NCBI GenBank assembly: GCA_030295235.1
Contig: AP026164.1
Span: 1,922,001 to 1,986,000, forward strand
Source of the DNA: Fistulifera solaris
Lineage: Eukaryota
DNA: 64,000 nt
Direction: 5' to 3'
Shown here piece after piece: positions 50,118-61,115 of the stretch. The notes beneath the pieces are model-generated. The model saw only the letters and a program-made list of their open reading frames with translations. It made no database searches and was not told the origin of the DNA. A program made the position numbers and the translations under genes. The stretch's first letter is position 1. Each line of letters begins with the position of its first letter.

Positions 50118-52198
50118 TCATTTAATTGTCAATAAAATAAGAAAAGAGAGGATGCATGCAATTAATGCACCGGTGAGCTCATGAGGAAAGGCGCTAGATT
50201 CTACGGGGGACCCAAACGGTGCACCTTGTAAAGCATTGGGGTTATCTGCATCATGCATGTCAGTAGCATTTAACCGGCTTGTCAACAACTTTAGAGGATG
50301 GCTAACCAGACCAGATACTTTTGGAATAGTCACGTGAATTTGAACTGCATTGTTGTCAAACGAAATTTCGGGGAAGACACGCCCGGGATTGACTTGAACC
50401 TTCAAGACGTAATCGCCGGCTTCCAGATCCGTTACGTCAATCCAAGAGCAATCGAGCGACCACCCGTACCTATCGAGCCAGCCCTTTTGAATACCTTGGA
50501 AACCACAATCGTACTTCTTGTCACAGGCAACATTCACTCCATCAAAATGGCGCGCCGTGTCTTCCATGCAGTATGCATATTTTCCGCCATGAAGTGCAAC
50601 CTTTTTCCGTCTGATTGAAAGAGTGTGTATTCAGCAAACTTCTTAAAATGATAATGCTGGTGACAGGGACCGTAGTCAAAGAGATCTGGGCGCTCCTTGG
50701 GTTCGGGAAAGGAAATATCTGCTTTGCCTTGATTTAACACCGAAGATGTGAAGCGCAACAAGCGTCGCAATCCTGGTTTTTTAACGCACCCCTCCATCAA
50801 AGAGCAACTGCTTTCAGGAATCATGACGTCTTGCAGAAAGGTCTCTTCGAGCATGTGCTCGATGACTATCACTAAATCGCCCAGGTTATCAAGAGAGTCA
50901 TAGCACTGACAATCCGAAGCACATATTTGAGAGTTTCCACAGCCTTCACAAACCGGATTCATGTGATCGCAAATTTTGAACACCTCACAGCTTGACATGG
51001 GTATAGATCCTGTGACTCTGTCAGGTGCGATGGATGCGCCGAGACAAAAGAAGCCATGACTGCATGCTCCGCAAGAACCGCCACATCCATCTTCACCGCA
51101 TTCGCGATCCTTACATTGAGGCTGGCAGTTCATGGGGAAGCAGCGATTGTAACTGACGTGACATTCTTCATTTTCCGCACATGATCCACAGCTACCACCG
51201 CAACCATCCGGTCCACAGAAATTGCCATCGCAAAGCGGGATACAATTGTTGACAAATGTCGCGCTCAATTCAAACTGGCCACTGTCGGTAGTAGAATAGC
51301 CATCCACCATGAGAAAGTAGATGCCTTCGTCAATTTTGCCTGTGATACGTGAGCCCATGTCTCCTGGAGGAGTACCGTCGTCATTGCAGTTGATGATGTG
51401 ATCTTCCGGGTGCTCATCGGGAAGGCCCTTACTCTCACAAGTGCCCTGTTGAAACGAATAATGAGTGGCGCTTTGCTGTGACACGTTCTTTAAACAATTT
51501 TACTCTAACCTTAATGAGCTGTAATACAGTGTCGTACCCGGTAACGCGAATATCGTATCTTTATTTAATATTAGATTCCAAACAATGGCATGTATGTGAG
51601 ATGTACGTTTATCAGTAAACATCATCCGCCATTTTACGTACCCATAATGCTTTCCTCCTGCCACTTCAAAAGTGAAAACCACTTCGGGACTAGAAGTGAG
51701 CGTGTTGCAAGAAGGAGTGTCGAAATGAATCGACTGTGCTGTGTCACCAAAGGAGGTGATCGTCACGCGTTCAGATGCATTAATGACAGGAACTATGTCT
51801 CCATTTCCAAGATTCAAGGGCTCTGTGCAGGAGCCGGAAGCAACGCCCATGACACAGCTATACATTGAACATCCCATCCCACTGCCGCAAGTACCACAAA
51901 AACCGCCGCAGCCGTCTTCCCCGCATTCCTTACCCCCGCAATTCGGAACACACTCCGCCAAACACACCGGGGCGTTTTCTGGATCCCTCGCAGCATGCGA
52001 ACATCGAAACGAGCTGGGCTCGCAACTGGAATCAGTGGTTTCGTCACCATCATCGCAAATGTTTATTCTCAAAGAGCATTCGCCCCCAACCGTCGTAACT
52101 TGCCACGCGGAACAGAAGTCGTTGTTTCCGCACAACAACTGTGCCCGAACATTTCGCTTAAAAGCGAACGCAAGGAATAAGGTAATTGTGATCTTCAT
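50118..52198 (-). CDS. Secreted, probably GPI-anchored lysyl oxidase-family protein with Cys-rich CGxDGCGGxCG repeats
   Basis: Signal peptide; three CGxDGCGGxCG repeats. LOX domain RRLLRF...CHQHYH (Cu ligands)...GGKYAYCMED (LTQ Lys)...QGIQKGWLDRY (LTQ Tyr)...DCSWIDVTD...VNP...NN. Ends SSA plus a hydrophobic tail. Introns at 51559-51641 and 51446-51509; one missing A near 50603. Confidence 0.9.
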
Positions 52199-53050
52199 GG
52201 GCTTTGGATGTCAAGGAAGCTTGAGTCTCCAAGGAGTCTTACTTGCAAGTTGAATGAAGCAATCAATAAAACACTCGATGATGATGTGGGGGAAACCTTC
52301 GAAAGGGAAACGAGAAACGAGTGTTTAATTGTTTACGGAGTAGTCGCTCCTCGCCTGCCAAATGCGACTTTTTTGGTACCAATTTTTCGGAATGCGAAAC
52401 ATCTCTACTTCAAAATCTACAGTGTCCATAATGACATAAAGGGAGACACTTTCTACTTCGACTCCGTGATTGAAGTACTGACATTTTGAAACAACTTTCG
52501 ATTCGTATATTTCAATTTTTTTTATCCAATAGAAAAGGAGGAGGAGGAGTCATTTTGCATAACATGGACAATGGAAACGGAAACCCAAATCTCAAATCTA
52601 AACAAACCTTTTACAGCGAAAAGTAAAAAGATATGACATCATTCATCATTCGCGAAGAAAGTTGCTTGTTGCTTGTTGCTCGTTGCTCTCCAGTCTCCAG
52701 TTGCTCTGAGTCTGTGGCTCTAGAGTCTAGAGTCTCTCTAAACTCTAAAGTGACCATAAAAAAGCTTATCTGAACGCCCCATCATTACAAAGTATCTGTT
52801 AGCAACAAGCACAATAACTCTCGCTGCAACGAACATCACAGGACCTATAGAAAGATTCGCACATTGCAAGTCATTATCAATGATTATCAACTGCAATGCA
52901 AGATTATTATCCAATGATTGGGATCCTTAGCCTGCAACTCCCGACGAAGTATCTTTTCGCTCGTAATCATATATGAGTGATTTTGTCTAGTAGAAGAAGT
53001 TATTGTATTTGAATTTGGATACCTGTATAGCAGAAAGAGCTAATTAGCAA

Positions 53051-53809
53051 TTATTGCTGCAGACCCATGCCCTGTGCTATTGACGGATACGCATATTCAA
53101 TCAACCATCCCAATGTAGCTGATGGAATTATATCCGTCAAAGGAAGGATTTCCTCGAAAAACGACAAATATTTGAGGTTCGGACTGGTGGCATCGTACAT
53201 CGCCATGATCAAAATTGTTTGAATGGGTGCCCACGCAATATCGAATCCTTCGCCCACCAACGGTAATAAGTAGCTTGCACTTCCGCAAGCGTCAATAATC
53301 AAACTAACAATAAGCTTGCCCCAAATGTGTTCCGGAAGAATGGCCACGGCGACGTTCACAGGTGTGGGACGAGGACCCGTAACGTAGATAAGTCTCTGAC
53401 CCCAGGATGTAAATACAATCGCCTGCACGACGGGATGGAACAGTACCTGGACTTGCGATCGCCCGCTTGATGTGCTGCAATAGAGACCCGAGGCGACCAC
53501 CGCGACACACAGTAAGAGAGACCCGACCACTACCAGCAGAGGAAGAAACATTGGTAGCCCCACCAAAAGCACGCCTAGTAGAATGGGAAGTGAAACCACC
53601 AACAGGGACAGAATCGGGGCAGCGGGTATTAAAAAGTACTTGGAGTCCGGCAGGGAAACCTTGGGGCATTTGGAAAGCAGTTCCTTGATATTGTCCTCAA
53701 TCGCGTCAACGAGTCCAAACCAGGCATTGCCAAGCTGCAATAGAGCAGCGATTTCGGTCCGATAAGGGCCTTCCAGTACAAGCTGGAGTCGAATCGTTGG
53801 AGGCGCAGT

Positions 53810-53842
<33 letters not shown>

Positions 53843-54301
53843 CTTCACGTGAGATTCACCGCTGGTCTCCGGAGCGCCCGACAAAGGAAGGATCAACCAT
53901 GTTTTTTCATGAATTTTGAGTTGTTTCAGCTCGTATGTCGTCGTCAAGGTTTGGGAAGGTTGATTGGAGTAAACCAGTTGAATGACAGCCGTTTGCTCGT
54001 AGAGTTGGGCGAGAGGTAAGGTAACGGAAACATGATTTCCAGAGTGTTCGGATAGACCCGAGCCGGCAGCAAACTTGAACGCATTGCGGTCCTTATGTCG
54101 CTGTACCGGTGGACCGGTGCATACGACCGTGTTCCCTACGGTGATGGAAACATGAGAGGGAGGATCCCGTAAAGGAAGATCGTATGCGGAAAGAACCGCA
54201 GCTCGCAAGCAACCTCGTCCAGCAAACGCATTTTGTGGCTCGGATCGATTGAGAGATTGTAGTTGAGAATTTCTGTTGTTGAGTGGTACCACTGCGCTCA
54301 T
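53051..54301 (-). CDS. Membrane protein of unknown function (C2-like N-terminal region, several TM segments)
   Basis: 416-aa ORF with LRAAVLSAYDLP, long hydrophobic segments and C-terminal DACGSASY...FEEILPLTDIIPSATLGW. Confidence 0.75.
53809..53841. repeat. (GTC)11 microsatellite encoding poly-Asp
   Basis: Direct reading; encodes DDDDDDDDDDD in the 53051-54301 protein. Confidence 0.9.
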
Positions 54302-55006
54302 TGCATCGTATGTTCAATGTTGTTATATGGTCTTGACTCAGTGAAAGCTTACAAAAGTTGTGATTGTTGCGTGTCGAACATCAATTATTGATCATCGCAA
54401 CAGAACTCTCTCGAAACGACGAATAAAAGCATGGCTTCGCTCCTTTTGCTTTCGTCATAAAAACTGTGCCATCATCACGACAACAAGCTCATGATGTCAC
54501 ACCGAAGATCTCAACGGCAAGTAAGGCAAATTCAGGCAAACGCGCTGGAAACTTAAAATAATAATGATTGATGATCCATTCGTGACTTAACCGGCACTGA
54601 AGCACACTTTGCAATATAAAGTAAATAATAGTAAATCTCCTTCTTGGTTTGTCCTCATTTAAGACTTATGACTTTTGTATTCGGCCGTTTCTGAGATTTA
54701 AAGTGGACCCGTTTCTTTTTCGTAGTCACTATACCATATAGTGTCCTTTGCCACGTGGCGCTTCGCTCACTTTTGTTTTTTCGGCCACCTTGTACTCTTT
54801 ACGCTAGCGTGCCTTGCAACGTCTCAAATCGAAAACCGGCGCATCGACAAACTCACGGCACACGGCAACCAGCCGCTGCATGCGCTGACATCCTCTTCAT
54901 CACTTTAAAATTTACATGTCATCCAGCGTTCGGACAGTGACAACCAGAATTGCAATCTCATTCTCATTAAACTCGTTGTAACAACATCTTAGTTCGTTGC
55001 GATACG

Positions 55007-55610
55007 ATGAGACTGCAAACTCTCCGCCGCATCAGTGCACTGGCGACTAAGCGTGGCTCCGTCACCAGAATACCGATTCGCTCCGCATCTGTCAACCTTC
55101 AAGACTGGTCGTCGAGCAAAGCGGAACATGAGAAGCTCATGGTTCGTATGTCGATACAAAAACTTCTCGAAGTAGCCAATGATGAATCACCAAATGAAGA
55201 AAAATTGCACGAATTGGAGCGTTCGCTTTTGGCGGTGCAGGTGAGTGGATAGTGACACAAAACCTGGAGAGTTTGGCTTGTCCATCGCATCGAATCGTCT
55301 GACTCTTCGTGTTTCACTTCGAACCATTCGACTGCAGTCCCGACTCGAAGAAGCCCAACTTTGTATTAGCGACTGCCAGGATGTCGCGAACATTGATTCC
55401 ATTGATGAAGAACTACGAACGGCGGACATGGCTCTGGAAGCCGTAGGTGCAGCCATGGTCGATTTCTTGGAAGCCTCGCGGGATATGGATGAAACACAAC
55501 GGCTGAACGACGTTCGGAAAGAGTATGTCACTCGATTCAAGGGCTTGCGCAATCAACTGGAAGAATTGGTGCGGCAACATCGCTGTGAGGTGGATGAAGT
55601 GACACGATGA
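55007..55610 (+). CDS. Small coiled-coil protein with mitochondrial-type presequence
   Basis: Arg-rich N-terminus MRLQTLRRISALATKRG. Phase-0 intron 55241-55337 (GTGAGT...CTGCAG) joins ORFs 55007 and 55245 in frame. Confidence 0.7.
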
Positions 55611-55743
55611 GTGGGATAAGTTGTTGCAGGTCGGTGGTGCGTTTCATCCATGTCATTCACAAACGCACGCTTGGAAATAATGTAGAGGAAAATAACATAA
55701 GAGTCGGTGTTGTTGCTACAATTTTCTGTTCCAGAGTATCTGG

Positions 55744-57555
55744 TCACGAATTTTTGTTACCACTGTTCTGCAGCGACTTTCTTCCAATCGAATTCCGACT
55801 TTTCATAGGGTCCGCTCCTAGAATAGAAAGCTTTGAAGTCCCTGTTTCAAATGAAATGCGAAAAAAGCTTTCAGCTATCACCCCACGGAAGAGAGCTTCC
55901 AGTGGCAGGGTAATCGAGCCGGATGCCAGGCACAGCGTATGGACCGACTGGAGCTTGTCGCCGTCTACGGGAGTCAAAATATAGAAAAGACCTTTACCAA
56001 CATCCACAGAGCGCACAATTCCCAAGCCAACACATGCGGTAAAATTGGATCCGCTGGATTCCTCCGAAGATTTGGTACATAGACCGACAATGGAACCGTT
56101 GAACAAATTCATGATGTATTCCATTGCCGTTTCTGGGTGCACCTGGAGCCAGCATTCAAAATCGGTCTGTTGCTCCAGCGATGCGAATGTACAATGAACC
56201 ATTTCGAACGAAACTATGTAGGGCAACGAAGAAGCCAGCCGTTTAGCCCATTCGCAATGGGTGTCTTGTAAGAAGCCTTCTTGTTTGTTCTGCCCAATAC
56301 CTATTGAATCCCAAACTTCACCTGGATCTTCACATTCGGCTATGTCTAAAAAGTATGCCAGAAGACGAATATTGCGCAGAGAAGACGGTGGTAGCGACAT
56401 GGATGGACCTGAAACGAGGTCGGAGCAGTCTATCGGATTTTCTTGTATCGGTGCCTCTGGCAATGACTCGTCTGACGTTGTTGGAATGTCAACCGCTTTC
56501 TCCGATGTACTAGTATCGAATGCAAGACAAGAGTGCAGAATGTAGTCTACTTTTCCCGTCTCTAACTCAGATGATTTCATTCTCCTCTCAATTTGTAGAA
56601 TATGTGAAGGGCGCAGTACGTCGTGAATCAACGATTGTAAAATTTCCAGCCCCAGCCCTTGTACCCAGCCATCCAAATTAATTAAGAGAGGTACTGGGTC
56701 ATCCACAAGCGAATAATAAGCCTCAATCAGATACCGAACACACTGAATGTACCGTTCCGGATTTGTTTGGGAGGTTGTAGAGCCATAAAAACAGGCGTCC
56801 ACGTATTCCGGACATTTCTTCGTCAAGAAATGCGCAAACGGGTGCTTCAACAGTGGTTCAGTTCGTATCGATAACGTAAGCATCCCGGGAGGTCCCAGCT
56901 CGGGCTGCCCAACATCCGCGTCTAGCACGGCCACCTTGGGAGTAAACTTCGGATTGGATAGCAAGCGATTTAAACAGAATCGTAAGCAAGTTGATTTCCC
57001 CACTCCTTTCGCTCCAGTGAACGCCACCTTGTATGTTTGTTTGCGTGAATGTTCCGTCGTCACGGGATCCTCTAGTGAAGCTGATTCAAACAAAAGAGTC
57101 GATTCTCGAGTCCGTCGCTGTAAGAAAATCCGCCAATCGGCTTCGACTTCCTGAACGGCCGTCTGCCACGACAAGGGAATAACCGTAGGACGAGCTTCGG
57201 CATCGTGAGCGGATAAAATACGCACCCTGTTGGGTGTAGAGGATATCTCTAACACGGCTCCTTTAGGCATTTCTACGGTGAGAGCGCTCGCCCACCTTGG
57301 GCAGTCGAATTCAAGAGATGATTTTTGTGATACTAATCGACTCTCGTCGTTCATCTCTGCATGTGACGGCAAACTGTAGCCGTTGGCTACTATGGTAATG
57401 CCATTAGGAGATAAGGAACGTATTCTTCCTCTCCCTTCAAGAGCAATAATGCATTTGCGTCGCGAGAGTATTCTACAGTGACCGGCATTTGCATGTTCGA
57501 TAAACCACGGTTGCTCGTCATTTGGATGGGGGCGTTTCTGGCCCACCTTCAGCAT
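55744..57555 (-). CDS. NOL9: Polynucleotide 5'-hydroxyl kinase NOL9/Grc3 (Clp1 family)
   Basis: GAKGVGKST, LDADVGQPELGPPG, LLINLDGWVQGLG and C-terminal CVGLGIVRSVD...FYILTPV motifs. Confidence 0.9.
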   Translation of the reverse strand: MLKVGQKRPHPNDEQPWFIEHANAGHCRILSRRKCIIALEGRGRIRSLSPNGITIVANGYSLPSHAEMNDESRLVSQKSSLEFDCPRWASALTVEMPKGAVLEISSTPNRVRILSAHDAEARPTVIPLSWQTAVQEVEADWRIFLQRRTRESTLLFESASLEDPVTTEHSRKQTYKVAFTGAKGVGKSTCLRFCLNRLLSNPKFTPKVAVLDADVGQPELGPPGMLTLSIRTEPLLKHPFAHFLTKKCPEYVDACFYGSTTSQTNPERYIQCVRYLIEAYYSLVDDPVPLLINLDGWVQGLGLEILQSLIHDVLRPSHILQIERRMKSSELETGKVDYILHSCLAFDTSTSEKAVDIPTTSDESLPEAPIQENPIDCSDLVSGPSMSLPPSSLRNIRLLAYFLDIAECEDPGEVWDSIGIGQNKQEGFLQDTHCEWAKRLASSLPYIVSFEMVHCTFASLEQQTDFECWLQVHPETAMEYIMNLFNGSIVGLCTKSSEESSGSNFTACVGLGIVRSVDVGKGLFYILTPVDGDKLQSVHTLCLASGSITLPLEALFRGVIAESFFRISFETGTSKLSILGADPMKSRNSIGRKSLQNSGNKNS

Positions 57556-57812
57556 TGATTATATATTATACTGAAACACGAAACAAAGGAAAGGATATTC
57601 GTTCAATGGAGCAACTCTAGAGATCCTTCTTTTACCCTCACAATAAATTTTTGTCAAAAAAAAAAAAACGGCGGTGAGGCGAAAGCGACGAGTCACGAGT
57701 TTAGTCCCGTATCGATGAACGACCAACGAAGGCATTCAACATGCACTTTAAAGCATTGTTTTATAGCAATCGGTTAAAGCTTTTAAGAACAACAAAGCGC
57801 CCGATCTGTACG

Positions 57813-60029
57813 TTAAAGGTTAGGATTGGGGAAACTCGACGGGAACTCGGATGGCATTTTGGCGATATCCGAAAATTCGCATGAATCTCCTTCACCGATT
57901 CCCACTCGGAGCTTCTTATCGTGGAAAGCGATTAAAGATGGTCGATGTCCTACACTGACATAGGTCAATCCAGGACGGGACAAACCGCTTTGATGCGATA
58001 ATTCACGGCGTGCTAAATTTTGGAGCAGATTGTACATCCGAGCTTCCGATACCACATCGAGAGCGGACGTCGCTTCATCTAAAATTACCAATGTAGGTCG
58101 ATTCACTAAAACACGACCAAAGGCCAATCTCTGTTGCTCTCCCAAGGAGAGTCGGTTGCTCCAATCCAGTACAGCGTACAAACCACGAACAGGATCCCCA
58201 TCTCCTGCATTTCTCGCAACCTCAAGCAGGTTCACTTGTTCCAGAATATCAAGCAAATCTGTGTCTTCCAGAGACTCAACCAGTAGATGAGACTTCGGAA
58301 CAATCTTGTTCTCGAATGTACTACCATTTGTTGCATTCAAGTCGACAGACGGATATAGCAATTGGTCCTTTAGGCTGCCCAGCGTACAATAGGGTCTTTG
58401 AGGCAAGAAGTAAACACTGTCGTCCGGGGGACTATAAATCGACCCATTGCCTTTCGTCCAAAGGCCCGCAATGGCCCGCAATAGACTGCTTTTCCCCGCC
58501 CCCGAGTTTCCTACAATCAGCAAGTTTTGTCCTTCTTGCAATTCAAAAGTGAGATTGCGAATTAACATGCGCTTCTGATCGGGAGTGCATAAATCAAGAT
58601 TCACAGCCTGCAGGACCGGCCGGTTGGTTGGCGTCGAAGATTTCCCGCTATACTGCACGTCATTCCAGGCCTTTAGCGCAATAGTCCCAAACGTGGACAT
58701 AAAATCCGAAGAATCACCGTAGTTGAACGGTACAGTGGCATTTCTATCGTCATGTGTCAGCATCACCGAAAGCGCTGTTCGGTTTCCAACCTTCAGAAGA
58801 CCACTATTAGTCGAGGCACGTTCCGGATTCGATGCTCGCATAGCATCATAGAAAGAAGCAAGACGATCTATACCGGCCGAGAACGTACTCAATTGCTCGA
58901 ATTGATTGATAATGATTGACAGGTCTGAGAGAATGTGATTGAACGCCCCAACCGATTGACTGATTACACCCAATCCAATATCACCGGCAAAGTACTTGGG
59001 AGCCACTACCGCCACGGGCACAATTTGAATAAGGTACCGATATGCTGTGGTGAAGAACTCTAAATTACGTTCCACTTCGATCAAAGCTCGACGATTGCCC
59101 GTTACACGTTCTAGTCGATCTTCCACGGCCTGTCCTTCTAGATCTTCTCCCCCGTAAAACGCAATCGATTCCGCATTGTCGCGAAGCCGCACGAGGGAAT
59201 AACGCAAATCGGCTTCGCGCTGCAATTGTTTAAAATTCAAGTGCACCAAGGGTCGACCTAGGAAAGTGGTCACCACGGTACCGAAAGTAGCGTAAGCAAT
59301 GATAGCAACAAACAATTGCGGATAGATACCCCATAAAATCAAACTGAACGACACCAGGTCAATCAATGAAGTAATGATCGTAATAACGAGCTGCAGTGAG
59401 TAGGATGTAAAAGATTTCACATCTTCCGTAATGCGCTGATCCGGGTTGTCTATGATGGAGGGATCGAGATTGTAATACACGCGATTGCTGGTGTAAAGCT
59501 CAAAGGTTCGTGCCGTCATCCATTCCCGCCAATGAATCGCTAGCCGCTGTCGTTGATATCGGTATAGGGTAATGACGGGCGCACCAACAATTAAAGCTCC
59601 CAAGTACTTTTGCAGAACTTCATAAAAGACGGGAATATCCTTGGCGGAGAGCGCATTCCAGAAATCTTTGCCCAAATAACTAAACAAGACGGATACACCG
59701 GAATTCAACAAAGTTAAAGCGAGGAGTCCGGCGAGCAACCATCGACCGCGGGTGGACTCTTCGTAATACGGAAAGGCCATGTCTTGAAATAAACCAAATT
59801 GCCGACCAATCACATTCCAATCGAATTGATTGGTGGCCTCTTCATCATCGTCCTTCTGTGCGAGACGATGAAAGATACCACGATTTCTACTATGCTTATT
59901 ATCATAGCGCGGAATTATTTGTTGAATAGGTTGTCGATGGAGAGCGTAGGAAGCCGTGAATCCGTGTGCCGCACGAAATGAAACGCACAGGCAGGTGGCG
60001 ATCACGACGCGCAATAGTCGGCGTGTCAT
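57813..60029 (-). CDS. ABC transporter subfamily D half-transporter, probably plastid-targeted
   Basis: Signal peptide plus AHG|F. IDNPDQRITED, EADLRYSLVRLRDNAESIAFYGGE, Walker A GNSGAGKSS, LSLGEQQRLAF, ILDEATSALD and VSVGHR. Confidence 0.93.
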   Translation of the reverse strand: MTRRLLRVVIATCLCVSFRAAHGFTASYALHRQPIQQIIPRYDNKHSRNRGIFHRLAQKDDDEEATNQFDWNVIGRQFGLFQDMAFPYYEESTRGRWLLAGLLALTLLNSGVSVLFSYLGKDFWNALSAKDIPVFYEVLQKYLGALIVGAPVITLYRYQRQRLAIHWREWMTARTFELYTSNRVYYNLDPSIIDNPDQRITEDVKSFTSYSLQLVITIITSLIDLVSFSLILWGIYPQLFVAIIAYATFGTVVTTFLGRPLVHLNFKQLQREADLRYSLVRLRDNAESIAFYGGEDLEGQAVEDRLERVTGNRRALIEVERNLEFFTTAYRYLIQIVPVAVVAPKYFAGDIGLGVISQSVGAFNHILSDLSIIINQFEQLSTFSAGIDRLASFYDAMRASNPERASTNSGLLKVGNRTALSVMLTHDDRNATVPFNYGDSSDFMSTFGTIALKAWNDVQYSGKSSTPTNRPVLQAVNLDLCTPDQKRMLIRNLTFELQEGQNLLIVGNSGAGKSSLLRAIAGLWTKGNGSIYSPPDDSVYFLPQRPYCTLGSLKDQLLYPSVDLNATNGSTFENKIVPKSHLLVESLEDTDLLDILEQVNLLEVARNAGDGDPVRGLYAVLDWSNRLSLGEQQRLAFGRVLVNRPTLVILDEATSALDVVSEARMYNLLQNLARRELSHQSGLSRPGLTYVSVGHRPSLIAFHDKKLRVGIGEGDSCEFSDIAKMPSEFPSSFPNPNL

Positions 60030-60452
60030 GGCCGATTATTGAACTGAAAGTATTAATTCGATTCGTGTTCAGCAGCGAAATTCGGTAATCGATACCGAAT
60101 GGCACGGAGAAAGCATCCGAGGTTTCTATTGTCTGTTTTATCTACGGAGTATTTGCTATTCTCATTTCCTCAAAAAAAAACAGGAAGGAAGAAGGATTGA
60201 GACCATCACGTCACCAAAAGGAAAACCGCAAAGCACGAGTCTGACGAAAGTCACGTTAAAGGTTACCGTGTATGGTTCGAGATATATTTTTGAAAACCGC
60301 AATAACAGTCACGCATAACCACGAATCATCACCTGCCCGTATTATTATCACGACATTTTGCGCCCGTTCTTTATTATCCGCACCAAAAACACAACCATAA
60401 AAGCATTTTCAATTTCATTCTCACGTAAGAATCTACAAAAGAAACGCATAAA

Positions 60453-60729
60453 ATGAATCAGTCTGCATCACCGGATAAGCAAGCGGCGAAAATAGCGCCA
60501 GCAATGATGAGAATGGAGGATCCCATAATGATGATGATGATGCGTGGCGGGTCCAGCCCTGCCCCGTACAGTCATTCCAGGATTCAGCACACTGACGCGG
60601 TGGTCGGTACGTTTTGTCTGAATCCGATAATTACGATTCGTCCTGGCCCCACTAAATTCTCTCCCTTATATTACAGTTCTGCCCGATGACTTTGATCTAC
60701 AGGAAACGAAAAAACGCCGTGAAGAATGA
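60453..60729 (+). CDS. Putative small spliced orphan gene (~68 aa)
   Basis: ATG at 60453. 70-nt intron 60607-60676 (GTACGT...ACTAAA...TTACAG). Second exon reads VLPDDFDLQETKKRREE* in phase. Confidence 0.45.
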
Positions 60730-61115
60730 CCACCATGACGATGAGAAAAAAATATATTTTTCATTAATTTTGCTAGAACACAGACACAGATGAGTTAATG
60801 ATGTTAATAAGTTGATGATGTTCTTTACGAGAATGTCTTGTGCTACTTTGCTAACAATCGATAAGGATGCCCTATAAAACGTTTGCAGAGCTCTTCCTTT
60901 AGTACTACGTATTATTCCCAACAACCATGTCTCATTGGGACTTGTTTTATCGGAACTCGAGACTATGGCGTTATTTTGTTATTGCGTCTATCAAGCCCCG
61001 ACATTCCATGAAAAATTAACAACAATAGAACACAGAGATCTGTCACTAGTCGCTACCAGTACTGAAACGTTCCCGAGAGAAAGGCGACGCAACTTTGTGT
61101 GCACAAAGTGTCATC

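Noticed and set aside
60500..60625. C/D box snoRNA (ATGATGA...CTGA)
   Set aside because: The ATGATGA matches come from an (ATG)n run, no rRNA guide was recognised, and a spliced gene explains the region better.
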